Source of the DNA: a bacterium
Lineage (GTDB): Bacteria > UBA8248
Assembly (NCBI GenBank): GCA_963692865.2
Contig: OY843592.1
Span: 1,696,001 to 1,760,000, forward strand
Length of the DNA stretch: 64,000 nucleotides
Direction of reading: 5' to 3'
Below are positions 48,276 through 58,346 of this stretch, piece after piece. Each line of letters starts with the position of its first letter. Position 1 is the first letter of the stretch. The notes below the pieces were generated by a model. That model was not told the DNA's origin. It saw only the letters and a program-made list of their open reading frames with translations, and did not search any database. A program made the translations under genes and the position numbers.

Positions 48276-49816
48276 TTCGCCTCCCCGTAGCCCCCGCCGC
48301 CCGGCGTGATAAGCGTGAGGGTGTCGCCGGGCTCCATGTCGGTGGTGACCTTGGGGTCGATCTCATGGTCGTTGATGCGCACCTGCCCGCGCGCGCCGTG
48401 CCCCCCGCCGAACAGCCCCGGCGCCGGCGATTTCGTGCGCTCGGCCATGAACGATACGGTGATGCGCGCCGGCGAGTCGTTCCGGAAGACGATCCGCTGC
48501 CCGCAGCCGCCCCGGAATCTTCCGGCGCCGCCGGAGTCCCTCAATATCGTCTTCTCGATGAGGGTGAAGGGCGTGATGCGCTCGATCACCTCTATCGGCG
48601 TGTGGGAGACGTTGCTCGGATAGCTCAGGCACGCGTGGCCGTCTCCGCGCGCGGTGGCGCCCGTGCCCCCGTTCTGGAAGAAAAGCCCCGCCGTCCGCAC
48701 GCCGCGCTTGTCCAGCCCCGTGAAGTTCACGCACCAGAGCGGCGAGCCGCTCGCCGCGGGCGCCTCCTCGGGGATGACGGGGGCCAGCGCCTCGAAAACG
48801 GCGGCGGGCAGGTAGTGGCCCACCAGCATCCGCCCGCCTCCGGCGGCGGGGTGGAGCGGCTCCAGGATGCTGCCCGGCTCCGTCCGCACGTCGATGGGCC
48901 GGAAACACCCCTCGTTGTTGGGAACCTCGGGACACAGGACGCATTTGATGGGATAGACCGAATAGGCGTAGGTGTAGTTGTAGGCCACGTTCACGGCGCG
49001 GTCGACCTGGGGCGAGGAACCCGCGTAGTCGATGACCAGCGAATCCCCGGTTTTCTCGATTCGCGTCCGCACCCGTATGGGCTCCGCGAGGCCGTCGGTC
49101 TCGATTTCGGACGCGAATTCCCCGTCGGGCAGACGGCGCAGGGCGTCGCGCATGGCCTTCTCCGAGCGGCCCTGAATCTCCTTCGTGAGCGCGCGCAAAT
49201 CCTCCAGACCGTATTCATCCAGCAGATCGCCCAGGCGTTTTTCCGCCAGACGGTTCGCCGTGAGCTGGGCGTTGATGTCGCCCATCACCAGATCGGGCAC
49301 GCGCACGTTGTAGCGGATCAGGTCGATGAGCGTCCGGTCGGGCTCGCCGCGCCGGTACATCTTCATCATGGGGATCTGGAAGCCCTCCTCGTAGACCTCC
49401 CTCGGGTCGGGGGAGCGGATTTTCCCGCCGATGTCCGGCAGGTGGGCCGTACTGGCCGAGAAGCCGATGAACTTATCCCGGTGGAACACCGGCATCACGA
49501 TGTTCACGTCGGGGAGATGCCCCGTTCCGTACCAGATGTCGTTGGTGATGAGGATGTCGCCGGGCTCCAGCGTCTCGGGCGGAAACGCTCTCAGGAAGTG
49601 GCGAACCGTTATCGGCAGGGTGCCGATGAACGAGGCGATGCTGGCTGAGGACTGCACGAGGGAGTGGCCCTGATCGTCGGTGATCACGCAGGAAAAATCG
49701 TTCGACTCGCGCACCAGCGTCGAGAACGAGGTGCGCACCAGCGTCGCCGCCGCCTCGTCCACGATGCCGATGAGACGCCGCCAGAGCACTTCCAGCGTGA
49801 CGGGGTCGAACGCCAT
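48272..49816 (-). CDS. Hydantoinase B / 5-oxoprolinase family subunit
   Basis: DPVTLEV, RTSFS...RES.D, PGD..ITND...GTGHL.D, H..DIGG, DSGGAG.FRGG.G and TPGGGGYG motifs. Confidence 0.93.
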   Translation of the reverse strand: MAFDPVTLEVLWRRLIGIVDEAAATLVRTSFSTLVRESNDFSCVITDDQGHSLVQSSASIASFIGTLPITVRHFLRAFPPETLEPGDILITNDIWYGTGHLPDVNIVMPVFHRDKFIGFSASTAHLPDIGGKIRSPDPREVYEEGFQIPMMKMYRRGEPDRTLIDLIRYNVRVPDLVMGDINAQLTANRLAEKRLGDLLDEYGLEDLRALTKEIQGRSEKAMRDALRRLPDGEFASEIETDGLAEPIRVRTRIEKTGDSLVIDYAGSSPQVDRAVNVAYNYTYAYSVYPIKCVLCPEVPNNEGCFRPIDVRTEPGSILEPLHPAAGGGRMLVGHYLPAAVFEALAPVIPEEAPAASGSPLWCVNFTGLDKRGVRTAGLFFQNGGTGATARGDGHACLSYPSNVSHTPIEVIERITPFTLIEKTILRDSGGAGRFRGGCGQRIVFRNDSPARITVSFMAERTKSPAPGLFGGGHGARGQVRINDHEIDPKVTTDMEPGDTLTLITPGGGGYGEAK

Positions 49817-51906
49817 TATCCGCTCACCTCGATGACGATGTGGCCGCCCGCGTCTTTCCTGAAACGCGCGTCTTGAGGGACCACGATGGTGGATTCACGC
49901 TCCTCGACGATGGCGGGGCCGTTGAATTCCCGCCCGCCCGGCAGCGAATACCGGTGGTATACGCGCGCCTTCTGGAATCCGCCTTCGGGGCCGAAATATA
50001 TTTTTCTCGATCCCTTCTCAAAATCGCTGTCATCCGGGAGCGGCGCGACGTCCATGCCGCCCGGCGCAGGCCCCAGCATCGTCAGCCGCCATGCGGCCGC
50101 CTCCGCCGCCACGTTCTCGATTTTCCGCAGATACCGCCGCTCATAGGCGCGCTCGAAGGACTCCTGCATATTTGCGCTATCTCGTACCGGCATCCCTCCC
50201 TCCTCGGGGAGTGGGACGCTCACCGTATCCGTCTGCCCCCGGTAGCGCATGTCGGCCGCGCACAGAAACTCCCAGCGCCCGTCCACGTCGAGCCCCTCAC
50301 CCAGGGTATCTTTCATCGGAGCTGCCATCTCCCGGTAAAGCGCCTCGACGCGCGCCCAGTCCACCGCATCCACGTCGGACACCAGGACGCGGACGGCGTC
50401 CGCCCTCGGCCGCGCCGCCAGGAGACCGGCGGCCGAGGCCACGCCCACGTCCGGCGGGCAGACGACCCGGCGGATGTAGAGTTTGCGCGCCATGTGGCAG
50501 GCATGAAGCGGCGCGGCGCCGCCCGTGGCGATCAGGGCGTAGTTCCTGGGGTCGCCTCCCTTCTCGGCGATGTGGACTCGCGCGGCGCTCGCCATCTGCT
50601 CGGTGATGATCTCGTAAATCCCCCACGCCGCATCCTCTACGCTCATGTCCAGCTCCCCGGCCAGAGACGAGACGGCTTCGCGCGCTTTGTCGGTGTCTAA
50701 TTGCATCGCGCCGCCCAGGAAGAAATCGGGATTGAGATAGCCCAGGAGCAGATTCGCATCCGTGACGGTGGGCTGCGCCCCTCCCTGAGCGTAGCAGGCG
50801 GGCCCCGGGGTCGCTCCGGCGCTCTGCGGGCCGACGCGAATCAGCCCCAGGTCGCTTATCTGCGCGATGCTGCCGCCGCCCGCGCCGATCTCGACCAGGT
50901 CCACCGTGGGCGAGAGGATGGGCAGGCCGCTTCCTTTCTGGAACCTGGAAGTCCGCGCCACCTCGAAGCGGTTCTCCGTCGCGGGTTCGCCGTCCTCGAT
51001 CAGGCATATCTTGGCCGTCGTCCCGCCCATGTCGAACCCCAGGGCGTGGGCCTCGCCCAGGGAGCGGGCGATTTGCGCCGCCGCGAGCGCGCCGCCCGCA
51101 GGCCCCGATTCGATGATGCGCACCGGATGCTCCCGCACGCCCTCGACCGCCGCGAAGCCCGAATTGGAGAGCATGATGAACAGATCGCCGGAAAAACCTG
51201 AATCCCGCAGGCTCGCAAGCAGGCGCGCCAGGTACGCATCGGCGATGGGCCGCACGTAGGCGTTCGCCGCCGTGGTGGACGCGCGCTCGTACTCGCCCGT
51301 CTCGGGGGCCACGGCGGATGAGATGGAAACGGGCGTATCCTCCGCGATTTCCTCGATGGCCGCCCGGGCCGCCCTTTCGTTTGCAGGATTCACGGGCGCG
51401 TGGAGAAACGAGACGGCGATGGATTCCGCCCCCATTTGAATGAGCCTTTCCGCCTCGCGCTTCACGGCTTCTGCGTCTATGGGGACCACCACCTCGCCAT
51501 CCACGTGGACGCGCTCGGGGACCTCGGCCCGCAACTCCCGCGGGATCAGGGGTTCGGGCATCTCCTGGTGCAGGTCGTAGAGGTCGAAGCGCTTCTCGCG
51601 CCCAATCTCGATGACGTCCGAAAACCCCCCCGTGGTGATGAGGCCCGTGCGCGCGCCTTTTCTCTCGATGAGGGCGTTGGTGATGAGGGTCGTGGCGTGC
51701 ACGATGCTCGCCAGATCGGATGCGTCGACACCCGCGGATTCGAGTATTTTCCTGAAACCCGCCAGCGTGCCCTCGGCGGGGTCATCGGGCGTTGTCAGCA
51801 CCTTGGCGATATGGACCGCGCCTCGCGCCTCATCAACCAGCACGAGGTCGGTGAACGTGCCCCCGATGTCTACGCCCAGGCGGATTTGCGTGTCCTTATC
51901 CATCAT
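49816..51906 (-). CDS. Hydantoinase A / 5-oxoprolinase family subunit
   Basis: GVDIGGTFTD, HATT..TNA, ESGPAGG, DMGGTT, IGAGGGSIA and GPQSAGA.PGPACY motifs. Confidence 0.93.
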   Translation of the reverse strand: MMDKDTQIRLGVDIGGTFTDLVLVDEARGAVHIAKVLTTPDDPAEGTLAGFRKILESAGVDASDLASIVHATTLITNALIERKGARTGLITTGGFSDVIEIGREKRFDLYDLHQEMPEPLIPRELRAEVPERVHVDGEVVVPIDAEAVKREAERLIQMGAESIAVSFLHAPVNPANERAARAAIEEIAEDTPVSISSAVAPETGEYERASTTAANAYVRPIADAYLARLLASLRDSGFSGDLFIMLSNSGFAAVEGVREHPVRIIESGPAGGALAAAQIARSLGEAHALGFDMGGTTAKICLIEDGEPATENRFEVARTSRFQKGSGLPILSPTVDLVEIGAGGGSIAQISDLGLIRVGPQSAGATPGPACYAQGGAQPTVTDANLLLGYLNPDFFLGGAMQLDTDKAREAVSSLAGELDMSVEDAAWGIYEIITEQMASAARVHIAEKGGDPRNYALIATGGAAPLHACHMARKLYIRRVVCPPDVGVASAAGLLAARPRADAVRVLVSDVDAVDWARVEALYREMAAPMKDTLGEGLDVDGRWEFLCAADMRYRGQTDTVSVPLPEEGGMPVRDSANMQESFERAYERRYLRKIENVAAEAAAWRLTMLGPAPGGMDVAPLPDDSDFEKGSRKIYFGPEGGFQKARVYHRYSLPGGREFNGPAIVEERESTIVVPQDARFRKDAGGHIVIEVSG

Positions 51907-52868
51907 TCCGCGTTCAGGAGAATCTCGCCGTCTTTGATGACGGCATCGCCGTCGAACCAGACCGAGGGCGCCCGGATGACGGCGTCGAAGTGGGTCTTGG
52001 CCTGCACGTCGCCGCCGAGGTTGGCGGAGGTTCCGATTCCGATGTGGATGGTGCCGTTCACGCCCTCGTCGTTCAGCATCTCGCCCGTGAAATCCTTGCA
52101 TTCGGGATTGAGGCCCATCGCGAACTGCGCGACGTTGTAGACCCATTCATCGTCCTGCGCGGCCAGAAGAGTTCTGAGGAATTCCGCCTGCCGTCCGCCG
52201 GTTATCTCCCGCACGAAGCCGTTCGTAATCCTGAAAGTCACAGGCTCCTCGACCACGCCCACGCCGTAATAGGGAATGCTGCCGTCCACTACGAGGGCGC
52301 CGCTCGTCGTCCCCTCCACGGGCGATGTGTTGGCCTCGATGTTGGGAACGGCGGTGAAGCCGGCGCCGTCGAGCACGCAGGCGTGGCTGTTGCCCGCGCG
52401 TCCCTCGACGCTGAGCACAAGTTCGGTGCCCGCCGGGTTGGTTACGCGCACCTCGCGCGCCGCGCTCAGGCGCGCCGCCAGGGCGTCGCAAAGGGGTTTT
52501 CTGGCCCTGAAATCCGCCATCAGCCCGCCGCGCTCCATCTGGCCGGGCGTGAACGCCGTCATCGAGAGCACGCGCGCGCCCGCGCCTATCGCCTCCCTCG
52601 TCGCCCGCGTATGGGCGAGGGCGTGGGTGACGGGCAGGAAAACCACGTCGGAGGCCCGCATGGCCCCGGCCACGGCGCGCGGGGGCTCCTCGTTGTCTAT
52701 CTTTCTGGCCGGGCATACGACTATCGTGGCCCTCGCGCCGCGTTCGCCCGCCTCATCGCATAGGGCCTGCGCGATGGGGAGGCGTTCCGCGTCGGTGACG
52801 ATGAGAACGTCTTCGCCTTCCTTCACGCCGGCGCAATCTCCAACCAGAATTTTCGCGCCCTTTTTCAC
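51903..52868 (-). CDS. M29 aminopeptidase-like metalloprotein
   Basis: GEDVLIVTD, GTEL, P..E....PVEG...G.LVVDG, .FAMGLNP, DE...GTIHIGIG and HFD. Overlaps the hydantoinase A start. Confidence 0.78.
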   Translation of the reverse strand: MKKGAKILVGDCAGVKEGEDVLIVTDAERLPIAQALCDEAGERGARATIVVCPARKIDNEEPPRAVAGAMRASDVVFLPVTHALAHTRATREAIGAGARVLSMTAFTPGQMERGGLMADFRARKPLCDALAARLSAAREVRVTNPAGTELVLSVEGRAGNSHACVLDGAGFTAVPNIEANTSPVEGTTSGALVVDGSIPYYGVGVVEEPVTFRITNGFVREITGGRQAEFLRTLLAAQDDEWVYNVAQFAMGLNPECKDFTGEMLNDEGVNGTIHIGIGTSANLGGDVQAKTHFDAVIRAPSVWFDGDAVIKDGEILLNAE

Positions 52869-52920
52869 CGAACTGTCCTTCGTTGTGAATACATGATCGC
52901 GAAACGAAGTCCGCACGCAT

Positions 52921-53178
52921 GGGGTTGTTGACAAACCCCCTTCTTTCTCGGAATTCACCACTCCCGTCATTTCGGCGTCATTGCCGTTTCTGTTGTAGGG
53001 GCCGCATATATGCGGCCCTCCCCGTTCGTGGCATGCGGGTCGCATATATGCGACCCCTACACTCCCTACGGCAAGGTGATATCCTGTCGCCGTCATACCG
53101 GAAATTGCGGGACTTTTTAATAACCCCTCAAGGGGGGAGTGGTTTGGCCCGACCCGCCAGGGCTTTTTCAACAACCCC
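52921..53178. mobile_element. MITE with IS1182-type ends and a GCAT target-site duplication
   Basis: ggggttgttgacaaacccc ... gggctttttcaacaacccc, flanked by gcat (52917-52920 and 53179-53182). GTAG REP cargo. Confidence 0.8.
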
Positions 53179-53294
53179 GCATCCCCCGTCTGCGGCGTTT
53201 CGAAACCGCGCCCAGGCTATGAATGCGCCTTTGCGCTACGGAGTCCGCCCGTATAAAAGTAGGAATCTACACCACGGAGATAGCCGAGGCGAGT

Positions 53295-54014
53295 ATGATC
53301 GAGGAAAATCGCGCCGTTCAGGAATCGAGGCTCAGCCGAGAGCGACTGATGGACATCTACGAGCGCCTGTATGCGCGCTTCGGGCCGCAGGACTGGTGGC
53401 CCGGCGAGACGACGCTCGAGATATGCCTGGGCGCCATTCTCGTTCAGAACACCTCGTGGGCGAACGCGGCGCGCGCCATCGAGAACCTGAAACGAGAAGG
53501 CCTCCTCTCGGAGAACGCGCTCAAGAAGGCGCGAGTAGACCGCCTCGCCCGCCTCATCCGGCCCGCGCGGTTTTTCAACATGAAGGCGAGAAGAATCAAA
53601 GGATTCGTCGACTACCTCACGAAACATTTCGAGGGAGACGTGGGCAATTTCCTGGGCCTGCCGACGGGAGAGCTGCACGAGGAGTTGATGGGCCTGGACG
53701 GCGTGGGGCGCGAGACGGCCGATTCCATCACGCTCTACGCCGCAGAGAGGCCCGCCTTCGTGGTGGACGCCTACACGAAGCGCATTTTCTCACGGCTCGG
53801 GCATTTCGAGGCGTCGAAGAACGGGGAGAAGGACTACCTCGCCTTGCAGGAGCGCATTACGGCGCACCTGCCCCGCGACACGGCGCTTTTCAACGAATAC
53901 CACGCCCTGCTCGTGCGCCTGGGGCACACCTTCTGCCGCCCCACGCCCAAATGCGGCGAATGCCCGCTCCGCGCGGTCTGTCCGTACCCCTGGGACGCCG
54001 TGCGCCGGAAATGA
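53295..54014 (+). CDS. Endonuclease III-related HhH-GPD protein with a 4Fe-4S motif
   Basis: GPQDWWP, GAILVQNTSW.N, GVGRETADSI.LYA, VVDAYT.R and C-x6-C-x2-C-x5-C. Confidence 0.9.
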   Translation: MIEENRAVQESRLSRERLMDIYERLYARFGPQDWWPGETTLEICLGAILVQNTSWANAARAIENLKREGLLSENALKKARVDRLARLIRPARFFNMKARRIKGFVDYLTKHFEGDVGNFLGLPTGELHEELMGLDGVGRETADSITLYAAERPAFVVDAYTKRIFSRLGHFEASKNGEKDYLALQERITAHLPRDTALFNEYHALLVRLGHTFCRPTPKCGECPLRAVCPYPWDAVRRK

Positions 54015-54252
54015 CTGGAAAAGCGAAAAATCACTCCCCTTGAGAATCGGACTTCCCGTGAGGAAAGCCCGAAATCGCGCCGGTTGGGGGTCGGTTCCGA
54101 CTGGAAGAGAATGCCGTCCAGGTATGCGTTGGACTTGGGGGAGGAATGAAACTTCTGCGGTGAGGGCGAAAGCCGCCTCGTCGTGGTAAGGTGGCGTTTC
54201 ATCAGACAGGTAGTAACGATATGAAATTCTCACAGTTGGAACGGAGGTGGAA

Positions 54253-55677
54253 ATGAGCGCCGATGGACTGAATTTTCTCTCAATATATGAACTCGCCCAG
54301 CAAATCGAGGGCAAGGAAATCTCCCCGCGCGAGGTGGTGGACGCGCATTTGCGCCAAATCGAGGCCCTGAACCCCGAACTCAACGCGTTCATCACCGTAT
54401 GCGCGGACGATGCCCGTGAGGACGCGGCAAAGGCGGAAAGCGAGATTCAGGGCGGCCGCTACCGGGGGCCTTTGCACGGCGTGCCGGTCGGCATCAAGGA
54501 CATCATCGATACCGCCGGCGTCCTCACGACGCAGGGGTCGAGCTTTTTCCCGGATAACGTCCCGGCGGAGGACGCCGTGTGCGTGAGTAAGCTGAAAGAA
54601 GCGGGCGCCGTCATCGTCGGCAAATGCAACACGCACGAGTTCGCGGCGGGCTCCACCACGGTGAACCCCCACTACGGCCCGGCGCGCAACCCCTGGAATC
54701 CCGAGCGGGTCTCGGGCGGTTCGAGCGGCGGTTCGGGCGCGGCGGTGGCGGCCTATATGTGTCCGGGCGCCGTGGGAACCGACACGGGCGGCTCCATCCG
54801 GGGCCCCGCGAGCGCATGCGGGACGATGGGCCTGAAACCCACCTACGGGCGCGTGAGCCTGCGCGGCATTTTCCCGAACTCTACGACCCTCGACCATGCA
54901 GGGCCCCTCGCGCGAACGGCGCGCGATTGCGGCCTCATGCTACAGGTCATGGCGGGCTACGACCCGGCGGACCCGGGCTCCAGGGACCGCGAAACGCCCG
55001 ATTTCTGCGCCCTGATAGGCGAGGGCGTCGAGGGAATGCGATTCGGCGTCTGCGAGGACCTCTATCTCCCGGAAAACGACGCTTCGGTGCAGAAAGGCTT
55101 CGAGGATGCGATGGAGACCATGAAGGCTCTGGGCGGCGTGGTCGTTCATGTGCGCTATCCGAACGCCGAACGGATGAGAGAGGCGCGGCGCATCATCGCC
55201 AGCGCCGAACTGGCGTCGGTTCACCGCGAGCGCTTCGACGAGCACCCCGAGATGTTCGGCGACGACGTCCGCGAGCGCCTGGAGGTATCGAGCCGCGTGA
55301 CGCTGGATGAATACGCGCTCGCCATGAAAGAACGGCGCACGCTCACCCGCGAAATGGAAAAAGTGTTCGATGAGATCGATATATTCCTGGCGCCCGGCTA
55401 TCCCTGCCCCGCGGGACCCGTTGCGACGGAGACGGGAACGGTGAACGGGAAGGAGTTCTCCTTCACGGGCCTCGGCAGACCGCAGACGGGCCCGTACAAC
55501 CTCTTCGGTTTCCCGACCATGGCGGCGCCTTCGGGCTTCAGCGCGGACGGCCTGCCCGTGTCGGTGCAGATCGTGGGGCCGCCCTGGGAGGAGGCCCGCG
55601 TGCTGCAGGTCTCCCATGCGTTCGAGGAAGCCATTCCGGAGGTCCGGAACAAGAAGCCGCCCATGTTCGGCGGGTGA
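54253..55677 (+). CDS. Amidase signature family protein
   Basis: GPLHGVPVGIKD, GGSSGGS, GTDTGGSIR.PA and KPTYGRVS motifs. Confidence 0.93.
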   Translation: MSADGLNFLSIYELAQQIEGKEISPREVVDAHLRQIEALNPELNAFITVCADDAREDAAKAESEIQGGRYRGPLHGVPVGIKDIIDTAGVLTTQGSSFFPDNVPAEDAVCVSKLKEAGAVIVGKCNTHEFAAGSTTVNPHYGPARNPWNPERVSGGSSGGSGAAVAAYMCPGAVGTDTGGSIRGPASACGTMGLKPTYGRVSLRGIFPNSTTLDHAGPLARTARDCGLMLQVMAGYDPADPGSRDRETPDFCALIGEGVEGMRFGVCEDLYLPENDASVQKGFEDAMETMKALGGVVVHVRYPNAERMREARRIIASAELASVHRERFDEHPEMFGDDVRERLEVSSRVTLDEYALAMKERRTLTREMEKVFDEIDIFLAPGYPCPAGPVATETGTVNGKEFSFTGLGRPQTGPYNLFGFPTMAAPSGFSADGLPVSVQIVGPPWEEARVLQVSHAFEEAIPEVRNKKPPMFGG

Positions 55678-55762
55678 TTTGTCCGATCATTTTCTTAGGG
55701 AATTATATACATGACTCGACAATTGGATTCCGGGCTTTGGATTTGAAAAGGAACGATGTAAT

Positions 55763-55934
55763 CACTCCCCCCTTGAGGGTCGGGCATCCCGAGGGGAATG
55801 CCCGACGGTGAAGCCGAGCGGTTTGTGCGAAGGCTGAACCGGTGGGGGGTATGCTTCTAAAATAACAGCTCCCCCCACCAGCGCGACTTCGGGCTTCGCC
55901 CTCGTCTTGCTGACTCCCCCTCAAGGGGGGAGTG
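55763..55934. repeat. CCCTTGAGGG-family palindromic element (uninterrupted copy)
   Basis: cactccccccttgaggg ... ccctcaaggggggagtg with internal hairpins. Confidence 0.8.
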
Positions 55935-56074
55935 AGAAAAACCCAAGCATGAGGGAGTGGTTTTCGAGAGGGAATTATGAATTCAACTGCTAGATTCTTT
56001 ATGAATTGACCACTCAAAAGAAGTTGTCAATTCAAGTATATAATTCCCTTTTCTTATTATGAGGGTATAGAGAC

Positions 56075-56923
56075 ATGACGCAAACCGATAACTCCGCGCT
56101 CGTTTCGGGGGCGTGGCTCGCAGAACGCCTGGGCAGTCCGAATCTCCACGTCATCGAGGTTTCCTCCGCGAGCGACGACGCCTCCTACCGCGAAGCCCAC
56201 GTGCCGGGCGCGCACTGGTGGTTCTGGAAAGGGGCGCTCTGGCACGAGACGGACCGCGCGTTCGCCGCGCCCGAGGCACTGGCAGAGCGTCTGGGCGGGA
56301 TGGGAATCGGGCCGGATGATGAAATCGTCTTGTACGGCGATCCGGTGCAGTTCGGCACCTACGCCTTCTGGGTGCTCAAGATGGCGGGTTTTCAGAACCT
56401 GAAGCTGCTGGACGGGTCCAAGAAAAGGTGGATTGCCGACGGGATGCCCGTCTCGAGCGATGCGCCGAGTACTACCGCCGTCGCCCACCCCGCGCCGGAT
56501 GGAGGAGAGATCTTGGGCGTGGGCAGGGACGACATCCGCAGGAAACTCGGAGAACCGGGCAGGGTGCTGCTCGACGTGCGCTCGCCCGAGGAATACAGGG
56601 GCGAGCGGGTGATGCCGCCTCCCGGTTTCGACCACGGGGCCGAGCGCGCGGGCCGCATACCGGGGGCCGCGCACCTGTTCTTCCGGGAACTACTGAACGA
56701 GGACGACACTTATAAAGACAAGGAGGAGCTTGCGCGGATTCTCGGTGCTGCTGCCGCCGCGCCCGATGACGAGATCGAACTCGTCCTCTACTGACGCCTC
56801 AGCCACCGGGCCAGTCTGGTCTGGTTCGCCATGCGGTATCTGCTGGGTTATGAAGACGTGAAAATCTACGACGGCTCATGGACGGAATGGGGGAGCATCG
56901 TCGGTTTTCCGATTGAGAAGTGA
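56075..56923 (+). CDS. Two-domain rhodanese/sulfurtransferase selenoprotein (TGA 56792-56794 read as Sec)
   Basis: Reading through the TGA gives [36 protein letters not shown]...PIEK*, which restores the catalytic loop (normally YC) and the YDGSWxEW signature. Hairpin at 56806-56824. Confidence 0.88.
56806..56824 (+). promoter_or_regulatory. Putative bacterial SECIS hairpin
   Basis: ccgggcca-GTC-tggtctgg (8 bp including two G-U pairs). The stem starts after an 11-nt spacer and the loop G is the 20th nt after the TGA. Confidence 0.6.
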
Positions 56924-56990
56924 AGGAATCTCGTAAATCGGCGTAGGGACAACCCCCTGTAGTTGTCCTGCGTTCGGACAGGCACGGGGC

Positions 56991-57318
56991 GAGGTTGTTG
57001 AAAAAGTCTTGGAAAGCGATTTTGAGTTTCACGCCCGCTTTTGACGTTCACTCCCCCCTTGAGGGTCGGTCTCCCTCGGGGAAGACCGACGGTGAGCTAA
57101 GGGCATATGCCCGCAAGCGAACCGGTGAGGGGTATAATTGAAATTGCACGATAAAACACGATTTACCCCCCACCGCATCAGCCTTCGCACAAACCGCTCG
57201 GCTTCTGCGTTGGGCTTTCCCCTCGGGAAGCCCAACCCTCAAGGGGGGAGTGGTTCTTCTCTCTCATCTGTTGATTCTAAACGCCAAACCACGAAATAGA
57301 GGGTTTTTCAACAACCCC
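56991..57318. mobile_element. MITE-like element with IS1182-type ends containing a CCCTTGAGGG element (57049-57252), itself inside a GTAG REP doublet (56943-57332)
   Basis: Ends ggttgttgaaaaag / gggtttttcaacaacccc. The flanks ggacaggcacgggg.. and ..gcctgtccctac are the two halves of one REP hairpin. Confidence 0.75.
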
Positions 57319-57365
57319 ACGCCTGTCCCTACGATATGCTCGTGGCGTGGGGCAAAGACGGAAGA

Positions 57366-58346
57366 TCATTTCACGGGATAGAGCGGCTCCTCCCCCCGCA
57401 GGACGCGCAACACGTCCGTCGCCGCCTTTCGCCTCATGTCCTCGAGAGCCGCCGTGCTGTACCACGCGCTGTGCGGCGTGACGCGGCAGTTGGGGAGGGC
57501 GAGCAGCGGGTGATTCGGCGGGGGAGGTTCTTCTTCGAGCACGTCGAGGCCCGCGCCCCGGATGGCGTTTCTCTTGAGCGCGGCGGCCAGCGCCCGCTCG
57601 TCCACCAGTTCGCCGCGCGCCACGTTGATCAAAACGGCGCTCGACTTCATCCGTTCGAGCGCTCCGGCGTTCACCATGCCCCGGGTTTCGGGCGTCAGGG
57701 GCGCGTGCAGGGAGACGTAGTCCGCCTCCTCCCAAATCCGGGCGAGCGCCGCGTTCTCGGCCCCCGGTTTCTCGAATGCGGATTCGGGCACGAAAGGATC
57801 GTGCGCGATGACGCGCATCCCGAAGGCGCGCGCCTTCTCCGCCAGGGCCGCGCCGATCCTCCCGATTCCCACCACGCCCAGCGTCGCGCCCCGAAGCGGG
57901 GCGATGGGCCGAAGCGCGGCGATCCCCCAGCCGCCTTTTTCGACTTCCGCGATACCTTGCTCCAGTTTTCTGGCGAAGTAGAGGATGAGCGCCATGGCGT
58001 GATCCGATACTTCATCGACGCAGTAATCGGGCACGCAGGTGACCAGAATGCCCTTTTTTCTTGCGGCCTCCAGGTCGATGTTGTCCACGCCCACGCCGCC
58101 GCGCGCGAGAATCTTGCAGCGTCTTAGCTTGGCGATGACGTCTACCGTGAAGGCAGGAATCGAACCGATGATGACGCTTTCCGCCTCCCGGCAGAGTTCG
58201 ACCAGGGATTCAGCGTCCGCTCCCATCCCCAGACGAAGGCGGGAACCCAGAGGCGAGAGGATTTCCTCCTCGACCGTGGGGGGGCCGAAGCGCGTTCCGG
58301 CGACGGCGATGAGCGGGCCGTCTTTTGCGGGTGGACTCAATACCAT
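57366..58346 (-). CDS. D-2-hydroxyacid dehydrogenase (CtBP-like)
   Basis: R.GVGVDNID, VPDYC.DEVSDH, GIGRIG, INVARG and TPHSAWYS motifs. Confidence 0.9.
   Translation of the reverse strand: MVLSPPAKDGPLIAVAGTRFGPPTVEEEILSPLGSRLRLGMGADAESLVELCREAESVIIGSIPAFTVDVIAKLRRCKILARGGVGVDNIDLEAARKKGILVTCVPDYCVDEVSDHAMALILYFARKLEQGIAEVEKGGWGIAALRPIAPLRGATLGVVGIGRIGAALAEKARAFGMRVIAHDPFVPESAFEKPGAENAALARIWEEADYVSLHAPLTPETRGMVNAGALERMKSSAVLINVARGELVDERALAAALKRNAIRGAGLDVLEEEPPPPNHPLLALPNCRVTPHSAWYSTAALEDMRRKAATDVLRVLRGEEPLYPVK

Noticed and set aside
54253-55677. gatA
   Set aside because: The amidase signature is present, but there is no adjacent gatB or gatC. Called as a generic amidase.
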